From positions 29,374-93,373 of the forward strand of contig CAZJHQ010000005.1 of NCBI GenBank assembly GCA_964545915.1: DNA of 64,000 bases, in the 5' to 3' direction. A program made the translations under genes and the position numbers. The DNA is from an uncultured Candidatus Kuenenia sp. GTDB taxonomy: Bacteria > Planctomycetota > Planctomycetia > Pirellulales > UBA1268. This document shows, piece after piece, positions 27,970-39,618 of the stretch (positions within the stretch are counted from its first letter, which is position 1; each line of letters opens with the position of its first letter). The notes under the pieces are model-generated. The model was not told the DNA's origin. It did no database searches and saw nothing but the letters and a program-made list of their open reading frames with translations.

Positions 27970-29532
27970 ATGCTCGCCCGCCTCCACACCTTTTCCCTCT
28001 TCGGCATCGACGCCGTGCCGGTGGACGTCGAGGTCGACGTGTCGGCGGGGGCCCTCCCGGCCACGGTGCTCGTCGGCATGCCCGATGCGGCGATCCGCGA
28101 GAGCACCCACCGCGTCGCCCGCGCCATGGTCAATTCCGGGTTTAACCGGCCCAACGATCGGATCGTCGTCAACCTCGCCCCGGCCGAGCTGCCCAAGCAG
28201 GCGGCCACGTTCGACCTGCCAATTACCCTCGGGATCCTCGCCGGCAGCGGCCAGTTCTCGTCGGACCGGCTCCGCGACTACGCCGTCGTGGGCGAACTCT
28301 CGCTGGAGGGCTTCACGCGGCCGGCCCGCGGCGCGCTGTCGATCGCCATGGCGGCCGCCCGCCAGGCGCGGCAGGCCGCCCCGTCCGACCGACCGCTCAA
28401 GGGCGTGGTGGTGCCGGCGGCGAGCGCCACCGAGGCGGCCGTCGTCGAGGATATCGAGGTGATTCCAGTGACGTCGCTGACCGAAGCGGTGCAGTTCTTC
28501 GCCGGCGACCTTCACATCCCGCCTGCACCGCCGCGGGTGACGGAGTGGTTCGACCGCTTCGCGGCCTACGACATCGACTTCGCCGACGTCCGCGGACAGG
28601 AGGCGGCCAAGCGGGCCCTCTGCGTGGCGGCGGCGGGCGGCCACAACTGCCTGATGGTCGGCCCGCCGGGGGGCGGCAAGACGATGCTCGCCAAGCGGAT
28701 TCCCACGATCCTGCCGCAGCTCTCGGCCGCCGAGTCGATCGAGACCACGCGAATCTACAGTGCGCTTGGCCTGATGCAGCCGGGGCAGCCGCTGCTGGCG
28801 ACCAGGCCCTTCCGCGCCCCGCACCACACGATCTCGGAGGCGGGGCTGATCGGCGGCCGCTCGGTGCCGATGCCGGGGGAGATCTCACTCTCGCACAACG
28901 GCGTGCTTTTTCTCGACGAACTGCCCGAGTTCAACCGGCGCACGCTCGAGGTGCTGCGGCAGCCGCTCGAGGACGGTTCCGTGACCATCAGCCGCGCCAA
29001 GACGACGACGAAGTTTCCGGCCGACTTCATGCTCGTGGCCGCGCTCAATCCCTGCCCGTGCGGGTACCGCGGCGATCCGCGGCGTGAGTGCCAATGCACC
29101 GTGCCGCAGGTCGAGAAGTACATGGGCAAGATCTCCGGGCCGCTGCTCGATCGGATCGACATCCACCTCGAGGTGCCGGCCGTGCCCTTTCGCGAGCTCG
29201 CGGCGAGCCGGGCCGGCACGTCGAGCGGCCAGATGCGCGAGGCCGTGTTGGCGGCGCGGATTCGCCAGGCCGAGCGGTTCGCCGGCATGCCAACCCGCGC
29301 CAACGCGCGGATGAACTCGCGGCAAATCCGCGAGTTTTGCCGGCTGGAGCCGGCGGCATCCGAACTCCTGCGGGCCGCCGTCGCCGACATGGGGCTCTCG
29401 GCCCGCGCCCACGACAAGGTGCTCCGGGTCGCCCGTACGATCGCCGACCTCGACGCCTCCGACGGGATCGGCTGCGCGCACATCAGCGAGGCGATCAACT
29501 ATCGCCTCCTCGACCGCGGCCTGTGGCTGTAA
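27970..29532 (+). CDS. comM: YifB/ComM family Mg-chelatase-like AAA+ ATPase
   Basis: 520 aa. N-terminal Lon-like domain (MLARLHTFSLFGIDAVPVDVEVDV), Walker A GPPGGGKT, LFLDELPEF, C-terminal Mg-chelatase subunit ChlI-like region. Confidence 0.9.
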   Translation: MLARLHTFSLFGIDAVPVDVEVDVSAGALPATVLVGMPDAAIRESTHRVARAMVNSGFNRPNDRIVVNLAPAELPKQAATFDLPITLGILAGSGQFSSDRLRDYAVVGELSLEGFTRPARGALSIAMAAARQARQAAPSDRPLKGVVVPAASATEAAVVEDIEVIPVTSLTEAVQFFAGDLHIPPAPPRVTEWFDRFAAYDIDFADVRGQEAAKRALCVAAAGGHNCLMVGPPGGGKTMLAKRIPTILPQLSAAESIETTRIYSALGLMQPGQPLLATRPFRAPHHTISEAGLIGGRSVPMPGEISLSHNGVLFLDELPEFNRRTLEVLRQPLEDGSVTISRAKTTTKFPADFMLVAALNPCPCGYRGDPRRECQCTVPQVEKYMGKISGPLLDRIDIHLEVPAVPFRELAASRAGTSSGQMREAVLAARIRQAERFAGMPTRANARMNSRQIREFCRLEPAASELLRAAVADMGLSARAHDKVLRVARTIADLDASDGIGCAHISEAINYRLLDRGLWL

Positions 29533-29575
29533 CAGGGCCGCGTGCGTCGGACATGGCGATCTCGACCATCCGCGG

Positions 29576-30319
29576 ATGATCTGCCAAACTTGGACCATGG
29601 CACTTCACGACACGACGGCATCGGCGGTCCGGCGGGGTGGGGAACCAGTCCGCTTTCGCATGCGGCTGGCGATCCTCGCGGCCGCGCTCATCTGCCTTGG
29701 AGGGCTGGCCCTGACGATCGACCTTCCCGTCGCCCGCTGGTGCCGCGACCCGCGGCTGCCGCGGGAGGCGATGCGGCTGCTGAACTTCTCCGAGGCTTTC
29801 GCCCACGGGACCGGTGCGGCGGCGCTGCTGGTGGTCGTGCTCGTGCTCGATCCGCGGCTGCGGCTGCCGCGGCTCGGCCGAGGAGGGATCGACGCCGGGG
29901 CCCGCGACTTTCTCCGGATCGTCGCCGCCACCTTTGCCGGCGGCATCATGGTCGACCTCATCAAGGCGTCGGTGGCACGGGTGCGGCCGCGGGCGGCTGA
30001 TCTCGCCGCGGTCCAATCCGCGATCGACACCTTCAGCACGGCGGCACTGCTGCCCTCGTCCACGAGCCATGCCGACGTGGCAAGTTTTCCGTCGGGACAC
30101 GCGGCCGTGGCCGCCGGCTTCGGGGCGGCCCTCGCCTGGCGTTATCCCCGGGCGGCGATCCTCTTCGCGGTGATCGCGACCCTGGCGGCAGCCCAGCGGG
30201 TCGCATCGTCGGCCCACTATCCCAGCGACGTCGCCTGCGGTGCCGCGATCGGCCTGTGCGGCGCCGCCCTGTGCCTCTGCGACCGCGGTCGCAGCATGGA
30301 AGCACCCGCTGATTCGTGA
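29576..30319 (+). CDS. PAP2-family membrane phosphatase
   Basis: KX6RP (KASVARVRP), PSGH (FPSGHAA), RX5HX3D (RVASSAHYPSD). The start could instead be ATG 29597. Confidence 0.85.
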   Translation: MICQTWTMALHDTTASAVRRGGEPVRFRMRLAILAAALICLGGLALTIDLPVARWCRDPRLPREAMRLLNFSEAFAHGTGAAALLVVVLVLDPRLRLPRLGRGGIDAGARDFLRIVAATFAGGIMVDLIKASVARVRPRAADLAAVQSAIDTFSTAALLPSSTSHADVASFPSGHAAVAAGFGAALAWRYPRAAILFAVIATLAAAQRVASSAHYPSDVACGAAIGLCGAALCLCDRGRSMEAPADS

Positions 30320-30357
30320 TACGATTCTGGCATTGTTGCTCTGCACCGAGGTCGTCC

Positions 30358-30807
30358 ATGCCAGCCCAGAAGAAGCCCCGTAAGGCCGTTTCCCGATCAA
30401 AGCCGGACGCGTCCGCCGGCCCCGAGGCTGGTGGGCCGCCGACGGAAGGCAAGCGGATTCTGCTCGTTGACGATGATGCCGAGATCATCGAATCGATGCG
30501 CGCGGTGCTCGAGTCGCGGGGCTATCAGATCCTCGTGGCCCGCGACGGCAACCAGGGTCTGGCCATGGCCGAGAGCGACGGACCGGATCTCGTCGTGCTC
30601 GACATGATGATGCCCAAGCGCAGCGGCTTTCTCGTGCTGGAGAAACTGCGGCGGTCGAACCCGAACCCGATCCGCGTGATCATGATCACCGCGAACGAGG
30701 GCAGCCGCCACAAGGCCTACGCCGAGATGCTGGGGGTCGACGACTACATCCGCAAGCCGTTCGCCATGGATCGGCTCCTGGACAGCGTCGACCGGCTGTT
30801 GTCCTGA
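30358..30807 (+). CDS. Single-domain response regulator (CheY-like receiver)
   Basis: LLVDDD, phospho-acceptor context LVVLDMMMP, conserved Lys context IRKPF. The track start GTG 30316 overlaps the PAP2 stop and is an alternative. Confidence 0.85.
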   Translation: MPAQKKPRKAVSRSKPDASAGPEAGGPPTEGKRILLVDDDAEIIESMRAVLESRGYQILVARDGNQGLAMAESDGPDLVVLDMMMPKRSGFLVLEKLRRSNPNPIRVIMITANEGSRHKAYAEMLGVDDYIRKPFAMDRLLDSVDRLLS

Positions 30808-30851
30808 CTCGCCGCGGCAAAATGGGCGAATTGCGGGGCCGCAAGTTGGCG

Positions 30852-30880
30852 TTGACCCGTTTTCGGGACAGCCATACATT
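30852..30880 (+). promoter_or_regulatory. Sigma-70-like promoter candidate upstream of dnaG
   Basis: TTGACC-17 nt-TACATT, about 40 nt upstream of GTG 30923. Consensus match only. Confidence 0.3.
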
Positions 30881-30922
30881 CCGGCGGTCCCTTCGAGCAG
30901 CGGCGTTTCTCGAGGATCCAGC

Positions 30923-32761
30923 GTGTCTCTGCAGCCCTCCACTTCGACCCCGCGCGACGACCTGAAGGAACGGGTCCGCGACGCCGTCGACATCACCGAC
31001 GTGGTGGGCTCTTACATCGCCCTGCGGCGCCAGGGCAAGGCCATGGTGGGACTCTGTCCGTGGCACGAAGACTCCCGCCCCAGCTTCCAGGTCAACCAGG
31101 AGCGTCAGACCTATCGTTGCTGGGTCTGCGACATCGGCGGCGACGTCTTCAACTTCCTGATGCGGATGGAGAAGGTCGAGTTTCGCGAGGCCCTCGAGCA
31201 ACTCGCCGACCGGGCCGGGATCACGATCCCCAAGGGCCGCGGTGGCCTGGCCTTTGATGACAAGGCCGCCCTCTGGAAGGCGCTCTCGTGGGCGGCCGAT
31301 CGGTTCCACGACTGCCTGCGTTCGCACCCCGAGGCCGGCCCGGCGCGGGACTACCTCGCGGGCCGCGGCCTGACCGCCGCCACCATCGAGCGGTTTCGGC
31401 TCGGCTTCGCCCCGCAGTCGTGGGACTGGCTCCTGCGACAGGCGGCCGTTTCCGGCATTTCGGCTACTGACCTGCTGCGAACGGGCCTGGCCGTGGAGCG
31501 GCAGGGCCGCTCGGGCCACTACGACCGCTTCCGCGGCCGCGTGATGTTTCCGATCCGCGATCCGCAGGGCCGGTGTGTCGCCTTCGGCGGCCGCGTGCTT
31601 CCCGGCCCCGACGCCGACCCGGCGAAGTACATCAATTCACCGGAAACGCCACTGTTTTCGAAGAGCTCGATGCTCTACGGCCTCGACACGGCCCGCGAGG
31701 CGATGACGCAGTCGCGACGGGCGATCGTCGTCGAGGGCTACACCGACTGCCTCGCCGCCCGGCAGGCGGGCATCGACGACGTCGTCGCCGTCCTCGGCAC
31801 GGCCCTGGGGGAGCGTCACGCGAAGCTGCTGCGGCGGTATGCCGACCGCATCGTGCTGGTGCTCGACGGCGACGACGCCGGCCGCCGGCGGGCCAACGAG
31901 ATCCTCGACGTGCTGCTCGCCGAGCCGATCGACGTGCGGATCGCCCGCATGCCGGCGGGAGTCGATCCCTGCGAGTTCGTGCTGGGGCAGGGCCGCGCGG
32001 CCTTCGAGGCGCTCGTGGATGGCGCCGGCGACCCGCTCGAATACCGGATGGACGAGGCCCTCGCGGCGCTCGCCCCCGACGCCGGCGACGACGCGGCGCT
32101 GGCGTCGATCGAGAGCGTGCTCAAGGCGCTGGCGGCCGTCTCGCCCCGTTCGCCGCTGTCTCCCTCGCAGCGCCGCCTGCGCGAGGACCAGCTCCTCGGC
32201 CGGTTGTCCCGCCGCTTCGGCCTGTCGCGCGACGTGCTCCGCGGCCGGATGCTCGAACTGCGGAGCAGTTCGGCGTCGGCGGACGAGGCGAACCACGCCC
32301 CGCCCCGCCCGCTGCCGCGTCTGCCCGCCTGGGACCGCGAGGTGATCGAGGTGCTCGTGGGTGTTCCCGACAGCGCCGGCCTGATCGTGCGCGAGGTGGG
32401 GGCCGCGGGCCTGGAAAGCCGCGAGGCCCGCGTTGTCCTCCAGGCTGCGGAGCGGCTCCATGGGGCAGGACGCCCGGTCGCCCTGCCGGACCTGCTGCTC
32501 GAGATCGAGGATCCGGCGCTCCAGAGCCTGCTCGTCGCCGTCGATGAGACGAGCGCCGAGCGCGGCCCGATGGATCCCCACGAACGCATCAACCACCTCG
32601 AAGACGCCCTGCGACGCCGCTCCGCCGAGCGGCAGGCGCACGCGAGCGCGAGGACCCTGAAAACCTCCCGGCTGGATTCCCGGTCGGAGGCGGAACTTTT
32701 GGAGCGGCTCGTCGCGGAGCGGCGGGCGGCTCAGGGCATGGCCGATCCCAAGGATGGGTGA
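30923..32761 (+). CDS. dnaG: DNA primase
   Basis: CHC2 zinc finger (CPWHEDSRPSFQVNQERQTYRCWVCDIGGDVFNF). TOPRIM region (AIVVEGYTDCLA ... VLVLDGDDAG). Confidence 0.9.
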   Translation: MSLQPSTSTPRDDLKERVRDAVDITDVVGSYIALRRQGKAMVGLCPWHEDSRPSFQVNQERQTYRCWVCDIGGDVFNFLMRMEKVEFREALEQLADRAGITIPKGRGGLAFDDKAALWKALSWAADRFHDCLRSHPEAGPARDYLAGRGLTAATIERFRLGFAPQSWDWLLRQAAVSGISATDLLRTGLAVERQGRSGHYDRFRGRVMFPIRDPQGRCVAFGGRVLPGPDADPAKYINSPETPLFSKSSMLYGLDTAREAMTQSRRAIVVEGYTDCLAARQAGIDDVVAVLGTALGERHAKLLRRYADRIVLVLDGDDAGRRRANEILDVLLAEPIDVRIARMPAGVDPCEFVLGQGRAAFEALVDGAGDPLEYRMDEALAALAPDAGDDAALASIESVLKALAAVSPRSPLSPSQRRLREDQLLGRLSRRFGLSRDVLRGRMLELRSSSASADEANHAPPRPLPRLPAWDREVIEVLVGVPDSAGLIVREVGAAGLESREARVVLQAAERLHGAGRPVALPDLLLEIEDPALQSLLVAVDETSAERGPMDPHERINHLEDALRRRSAERQAHASARTLKTSRLDSRSEAELLERLVAERRAAQGMADPKDG

Positions 32762-32858
32762 GGATGCCCGTCTCGTCGCTGCCAGCGGCCGCCGGCTTTC
32801 ACCGGCGGTCCGGGGGGCGGGGCGAGTGACGGTACGATGGTGAAGGAGAACCCTGCAG

Positions 32859-34589
<1,731 letters not shown>

Positions 34590-34622
34590 CCGGCCGCGGT
34601 GATCGGCCAATCGTGGTCCACA

Positions 34623-34658
34623 GGCCGGCCGGCCCCCCTTCGTGGCGGCCGGCCGGCC
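34623..34658 (+). terminator. GC-rich stem-loop after rpoD
   Basis: Two copies of the self-complementary GGCCGGCCGGCC separated by 12 nt, about 35 nt after the stop. No T-tract. Confidence 0.3.
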
Positions 34659-34678
34659 GCATTGGTACACTCCCGGGC

Positions 34679-35401
34679 ATGACCGTCGCCGTCACCACCG
34701 CCACGCTCCGCACGCTGCACCGCATCCATCGGCAGTTGGCCGACCTCCAGGATCAGCTGGCCGCCGGCCCGCGCCAGGTCGCGAGCCGCACCAGGCAGCT
34801 CGAGGCTGCGGAGACGAAGAAGGCCGCGGCCCAGGATGACGTGAAAAAGGCCCGCATGGCCGCCGACCAGAAGCAGCTGCAGCTCAAGTCGGCCGAGGCG
34901 AAGAACCGCGACCTGGAGGGCAAGCTCAACGCCTGCAAGACGAACCGCGAGTACCAGACACTCACCGAGCAGATCGCGGCCGACAAGATGGCGCTCAAGG
35001 TGCTGGAGGACGAGATCCTCGAGGCCCTGGAGCGGATCGACGCCCTCAAGCCCACCGTGCCGGCGGCCGACACGGAGGTCGAGGCTGCCAAAAAACTGCT
35101 TGCCGCCGCGCAGGCGACCGTGGCGGCCGAGACGGGCCGGCTCAACGGCGAGGTAACCCGGGTGCGTGCCGAACTGGAGGCCGTCGAGAAGGAGCTTGCC
35201 GCGGACGTCCGCGAGAAATACGAGCGGGTCGTGAAGCACAAGGGCGCCGACGGCATGGCGCCGGTCGAGGGGCAGAGCTGCGGCGGCTGCTTCCAGCAGA
35301 TCACGGGCAACATGCTTTCCGATCTGATGCTGGGCCGGGTGGTGATGTGCCGCAGCTGCGGCCGCCTGCTCTACGTGCCCGAGTCGTCCGCCCCGGCCTG
35401 A
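34679..35401 (+). CDS. Coiled-coil protein with C-terminal C4 zinc ribbon (COG1579/DUF164-like)
   Basis: Long heptad-rich region, then CGGCFQQI ... CRSCGRLLY. Confidence 0.8.
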   Translation: MTVAVTTATLRTLHRIHRQLADLQDQLAAGPRQVASRTRQLEAAETKKAAAQDDVKKARMAADQKQLQLKSAEAKNRDLEGKLNACKTNREYQTLTEQIAADKMALKVLEDEILEALERIDALKPTVPAADTEVEAAKKLLAAAQATVAAETGRLNGEVTRVRAELEAVEKELAADVREKYERVVKHKGADGMAPVEGQSCGGCFQQITGNMLSDLMLGRVVMCRSCGRLLYVPESSAPA

Positions 35402-35470
35402 TCGCCGGCTCCCGCCCCGGGGCCGCCGTCACGCCCCGGAAGTGAACTTCCAGAACCTGGAGAGACCGAG

Positions 35471-35950
35471 ATGTCCGATCGCATTCCCATGACCCGCGCC
35501 GGCTACGAGAAGCTCAAGGCCGAGGTCGATCACTTCGAAAACGTCGAGATGCCGAAACTCGCCGCCCGCGTGGCCGCGGCCCGCAGCGAAGGGGATTTGA
35601 GCGAAAACGCGGAGTACCACGGGGCCCGCGAGAGCCAGGGCATGATGCAGGCCAAGATCAACCTCCTGCGCGACAAGCTGGCCCGGGCCGTGATCGTGGA
35701 GCGGGCGAAGGAGGCCGGCGACGAGGTGGTTTTCGGCGCCACGGTCGTGGTCAAGGACCTCAAGTTCGGCGACGAGGAGATCTTCGTGCTCGTGGGCGCC
35801 GGCGAGGAGGATTACGACGCCGGGCGGATCAACGTGGCCAGCCCGCTCGCCCAGGGCCTGCTGGGGAAGAAGGTGGGGGAGAAGGTGTCGATCGACGTGC
35901 CGGCCGGCACGATGAAGTTCGAGATCCTCGAGGTCCGCTTCGACGACTGA
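35471..35950 (+). CDS. greA: Transcription elongation factor GreA
   Basis: 159 aa. MTRAGYEKLKAEVDHFENVEMPKLA ... GDLSENAEYHGARE ... SPLAQGLLGKKVGE. Confidence 0.95.
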   Translation: MSDRIPMTRAGYEKLKAEVDHFENVEMPKLAARVAAARSEGDLSENAEYHGARESQGMMQAKINLLRDKLARAVIVERAKEAGDEVVFGATVVVKDLKFGDEEIFVLVGAGEEDYDAGRINVASPLAQGLLGKKVGEKVSIDVPAGTMKFEILEVRFDD

Positions 35951-35956
35951 CTGTAC

Positions 35957-35987
35957 GCCTGCGGGGCCATCCATGGCCCCCGCAGGC
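35957..35987 (+). terminator. Stem-loop immediately after greA
   Basis: GCCTGCGGGGCCAT-CC-ATGGCCCCCGCAGGC (14-bp stem, one bulge), 7 nt after the stop, followed by TT only. Confidence 0.5.
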
Positions 35988-36090
35988 TTGGGCCGTCGCG
36001 GCGAACGCCAAGGGTTCGCCTGACGGCCGGGCGGTCGCACCTCCGGGCGACCGTGGCCGCTGCTTCTGGAGCGGCGGCCTCCGACCGTCG

Positions 36091-36259
36091 TGTCCCCCGG
36101 CTTCCGCCGGGGGCTTCTTGTGTGGATGACGCGCGTGGCCCAAGAAGCCCCGGGTGGCAACCCGGGGACTCCGGGCCCGAAAACCACCCCACCGTCCATG
36201 CCGCATGACGGCACGTGATTCCCCGGCTCAAGCCCCCATCGCATGGCACCCGGAAAGGC
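36091..36259 (-). repeat. Interspersed palindromic intergenic repeat, family B, copy 1 (inverted relative to copy 2)
   Basis: The reverse complement aligns with 48667-48826. Shared blocks: GCCTTTCC..GTGCCATGCG, TGCGGCATGGACGG.GGGG.GGTT, GTCCCCGGGTT.CCACCCGGGGCTTCTTG, GCCCCCGGCGG.AGCCGGGGGAC. Confidence 0.8.
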
Positions 36260-36274
36260 ATGCAACCATGGGCT

Positions 36275-37006
36275 TCATGAGTCGAGGCCGGCGAACAGCG
36301 CCGAGCCGATGCGAATCATCGTCGCGCCTTCGAGGATCGCCTCCACGAAGTCGCCACTCATTCCCATCGAGAGTTCGCGCAGAGAATCGCCCCCCGGGAG
36401 CGTCGCCGCAAACCGGTCACGCAGTTCGCGCAGCCGGGCGAACTCGCGGCGGGCGGCCCACGGATCGCCGTCCGGCACACTCGCCATGCCCATCAGGCCG
36501 CGGATGCGAATCTCGGGCCGCGTCGCCGCTGCGGCCACGATCGCCTCCGCCTCGGCCTCCGTGGCCCCGGTGCGGTCGGGATCGCCTGCCAGGTTCACCT
36601 CCACGAGCGCCTCGCACACGCCCCCGGCGGCGGACTCCGCGGCCAGCGCCTCGAGCAGCCGCCCGCTGTCGAGCGAATGAATGAGCGGGTTCACGGCCAA
36701 CGTGCGGCGGATCTTGTTCCGCTGCAGGTGCCCGATGAGATGCCAACGCGGCGGCGGCGCCAGGTCGGCGAGGGCCTCCGCCTTGCCCCACAACGCCTGC
36801 GGCCGGCTCTCGGCGAGGTCGTGGCAGCCCGCGGCATGCACGAGCCGAGCGGCTGCGGCATCGACGTACTTCGTGACCCCGATGAGCGTCACCGTGGCCG
36901 GGTTGCGGCCCGCGCGGCGGCAGGCCTCGGCGACCTGGTCGCGGACCCGAGCCAGATTGGCGGCCACCACCGCCGCGGCCCCCTCCGGCAGCGGCCGGCC
37001 GGTCAC
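36275..37006 (-). CDS. yggS: YggS-family pyridoxal-phosphate homeostasis protein
   Basis: 243 aa. PLP-Lys context LIGVTKYV, HLIGHLQRNK, MGMS. GTG start, GTGA overlap with the upstream gene stop. Confidence 0.9.
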   Translation of the reverse strand: MTGRPLPEGAAAVVAANLARVRDQVAEACRRAGRNPATVTLIGVTKYVDAAAARLVHAAGCHDLAESRPQALWGKAEALADLAPPPRWHLIGHLQRNKIRRTLAVNPLIHSLDSGRLLEALAAESAAGGVCEALVEVNLAGDPDRTGATEAEAEAIVAAAATRPEIRIRGLMGMASVPDGDPWAARREFARLRELRDRFAATLPGGDSLRELSMGMSGDFVEAILEGATMIRIGSALFAGLDS

Positions 37007-38763
37007 TGGATCTCGAGCGTGCGGGCCACCTCACCCGAACGCTTCACGCGGCCGAGCAGGAACTCGCACGACACGTTGCAGCCAAGGAGCGTCCGGTTCC
37101 GGGGCACGTCGAGCGCCCGATACAGCAGCCATTGTTCGAGGCCCGCCTGCACCCGAAATCCCACGGCCTGGTGCGGCGGCAGGATCGTCCGCATGTCGGC
37201 GACGGTCAGCTGCCGCCAGGTTCTCGGCTTCGCGATTCGCTTCGCGTCGCAGTCGATCCACAAGGGGGCGTACAGCCGGATCGCGCCCTGCTGTTCCAAC
37301 ACCAGCCCGTCGGCCGTGACGTCGAGCGCCCCGCGGCCCGCCACCCGCCACTCGGGCAGGGCCAGCGGCAACGCCATGAATCGCGTTTTGGTATCCGCCG
37401 TGATCACTTCGCGAGTCTCCTCCTCGCGGTGGCAATCGAGGCCGCCTGCGACCGGGACCGTGCCGCGATACCGCAGATCCTGCACCGCCACGGACCCGCC
37501 GGGACGCGGCGTGACGGCATCCGCCAGCAGCACGAGCTTTTCTCCGGGCAGGACGACCACCTGTCGCTCGATCTGCATGCCGCCGGTGAGCGGCGCCACG
37601 ACTTCCAGGAACGTCGCCTTGCGATCGGACTCCCAGCAGGAGACGGTCCACGCCCCCTCCGCGTCGAGCGGCCGCCCCTCGGCGACGGCCGACCAGCGCC
37701 ACGGCCCGTCCACAAGCAGGCGGTCGTCCACCGCGATCTCCAGCCGCGGCGTCGCCTCGCGGTACTCCAGCAGCACACGCACGCCGCCCCGTTCCCAGCC
37801 GGAACGGAGCACGGCCACGGCCGCAGCCGGGTCGTGGAAGTCGCGCGGCAGGCAGCGGCCGGCGACGCGGCCCCGCACCAGCGCTCGGGCCGCCCGGACG
37901 GCCGGCCGGGATCCGTCGCGACACGACGTCAGCGCATCGAGCAGCGGCGCCGAGAAGCACGCGGGCAGACGTCCGGGGCCGGCGAGGATTCGCCCGCCCC
38001 CGCCGAGCAGTCGCAGGGCGGCGGCGGCGGCCGTAGCCCATGCCGTCTCGGTGGCCTCGTTCCACGGCGGGCCGCCCGTCGCCAGCCCTGCCGCGCGAAC
38101 GCCGCTCCAGCGCACGATTCGCTCGACGACGGCCGCTGATCCTGACAGGCCGACGGCGCCGGCCGCCGTCACCAGCCGCCGGATCTCCTCGGCGACGGCC
38201 GCCGTCGCCGACTCCTCCAGGCAGCGGCAGGCCTCGATGTCGTTGAACAGCCGGGCCAGCACGAGCACGAATCGCGCCGGCTGTGTGTCGCGGCCGGCCA
38301 GCATTCTCTCCGCCGCCCGTGCCTGCTGCACGAGCCGCTCGAGCAGACCCCCGGCGGAGCCGCCCGCCCGCTTCGTCCGGGCCATCCATCCCAAGGCCCA
38401 CGCCGCCGCCTCGCAGAGCAGCCAACGGTCCGGCGACTCGGCACACTCGATCACGTGATCGAGGCACGCACCGATCTCCGTCTCCAGGAACGTCATCCGC
38501 TGCGCGTTTCCGGATCCGCGCCCCACCTGGCCGGCGAGCCGCCGCAGCCGCCGCCGCACCTCGATCGAGCCGCTGACCTCGGCCAGCTCCCGGATCCGCC
38601 TGCCCGCGGCGCGGCCGCCCACCTTCGCCGGCACGCCCCGGTGCCCCGCACCCTGGTTCCGCCCGGAAGGTGGGGGCGTGGTCGCTTCCTGGGCCTGGCG
38701 GGCCTCGGCGTTCCCACGACTCTTGCCCTTGGCCTGCTTCTTCTTGTGATGCGTCGCGACCAT
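37003..38763 (-). CDS. Hypothetical protein, possibly heparinase II/III-like
   Basis: 586-aa coding-looking frame. Lys-rich N-terminus (MVATHHKKKQAKGKSR). The C-terminal half resembles the heparinase II/III beta-sandwich region only loosely, so function is uncertain. Confidence 0.55.
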   Translation of the reverse strand: MVATHHKKKQAKGKSRGNAEARQAQEATTPPPSGRNQGAGHRGVPAKVGGRAAGRRIRELAEVSGSIEVRRRLRRLAGQVGRGSGNAQRMTFLETEIGACLDHVIECAESPDRWLLCEAAAWALGWMARTKRAGGSAGGLLERLVQQARAAERMLAGRDTQPARFVLVLARLFNDIEACRCLEESATAAVAEEIRRLVTAAGAVGLSGSAAVVERIVRWSGVRAAGLATGGPPWNEATETAWATAAAAALRLLGGGGRILAGPGRLPACFSAPLLDALTSCRDGSRPAVRAARALVRGRVAGRCLPRDFHDPAAAVAVLRSGWERGGVRVLLEYREATPRLEIAVDDRLLVDGPWRWSAVAEGRPLDAEGAWTVSCWESDRKATFLEVVAPLTGGMQIERQVVVLPGEKLVLLADAVTPRPGGSVAVQDLRYRGTVPVAGGLDCHREEETREVITADTKTRFMALPLALPEWRVAGRGALDVTADGLVLEQQGAIRLYAPLWIDCDAKRIAKPRTWRQLTVADMRTILPPHQAVGFRVQAGLEQWLLYRALDVPRNRTLLGCNVSCEFLLGRVKRSGEVARTLEIQ

Positions 38764-38862
38764 CTGCAGCCCAGCCTCCGGAGTTTCCCTGTCGACCCGC
38801 GGGCCGGTATCGTAACGGAGGCGGTGGCGGTTCTCCACGGCCCGATCCCCCAGGAGCCCACC

Positions 38863-39609
38863 ATGTTTCACGCCTGTCTCCGTTCCTGCTGCCTCGCGGG
38901 CATGCTGCTAGCCTGCGTCGGGTCACCGCGACCGCTCCTCGTGGCGGCCGAGCCCCCGACCGCGGCTGCCGACGCGGAGGCCCCGCCCCGCCCCGCCTCC
39001 CGGCCCGACCGGCATCCCGAGCTCAAGCGGCTGTCGCGCACCGAGGAGGTGTGGATCGACAAGGCCCGCAAGGAAGTGATCGTGGGCGGGAAGATCGTGC
39101 TCGACCGGGGCCCGATCGAGGTGTTTGCGTGCGTCGAGAAGACGAAGGAGCACGAGGCGATCGTGGCCACCCGGTCGACCGCTCGGCTGATCCACGCGGC
39201 GCTGTTGGCGATCGGGCTCGACCCGGGAAGCCCGGTGTCGTTCGATCCCGAGTATGCGCCCGCCAAGGGGCCGCGGGTGAGCGTCCGGCTGCGCTGGAAA
39301 GACGCCGCGGGCAAGGAGCAACAGGCGCGGGCCCAGGAATGGATCCGCAACGCGCAGACAGGAAAGCAACTCGAAGCCGAATGGGTGTTCGCCGGCAGTT
39401 CGTTTTGGCGGGATCCCAATGACGGCATCGAGTACTACCAGGCCGATGGCGGCGACGTGATCTGCGTGTCGAACTTCCCCACGGCGCTGCTCGACCTGCC
39501 GCTGCAGAGCTCGCAGGCCAATGCGGACCTCCTCTTCGAGGCCTTCGCGGGCCGTGTGCCCCCCCGAGACACCGAGGTCGACCTGATCCTCTCCGCGGTC
39601 AAGGAGTGA
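38863..39609 (+). CDS. Secreted hypothetical protein
   Basis: Signal-like N-terminus MFHACLRSCCLAGMLLACVG. 248 aa with coding-like composition. No motif I can name confidently. Confidence 0.6.
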   Translation: MFHACLRSCCLAGMLLACVGSPRPLLVAAEPPTAAADAEAPPRPASRPDRHPELKRLSRTEEVWIDKARKEVIVGGKIVLDRGPIEVFACVEKTKEHEAIVATRSTARLIHAALLAIGLDPGSPVSFDPEYAPAKGPRVSVRLRWKDAAGKEQQARAQEWIRNAQTGKQLEAEWVFAGSSFWRDPNDGIEYYQADGGDVICVSNFPTALLDLPLQSSQANADLLFEAFAGRVPPRDTEVDLILSAVKE

Positions 39610-39618
39610 TGTCCGGCG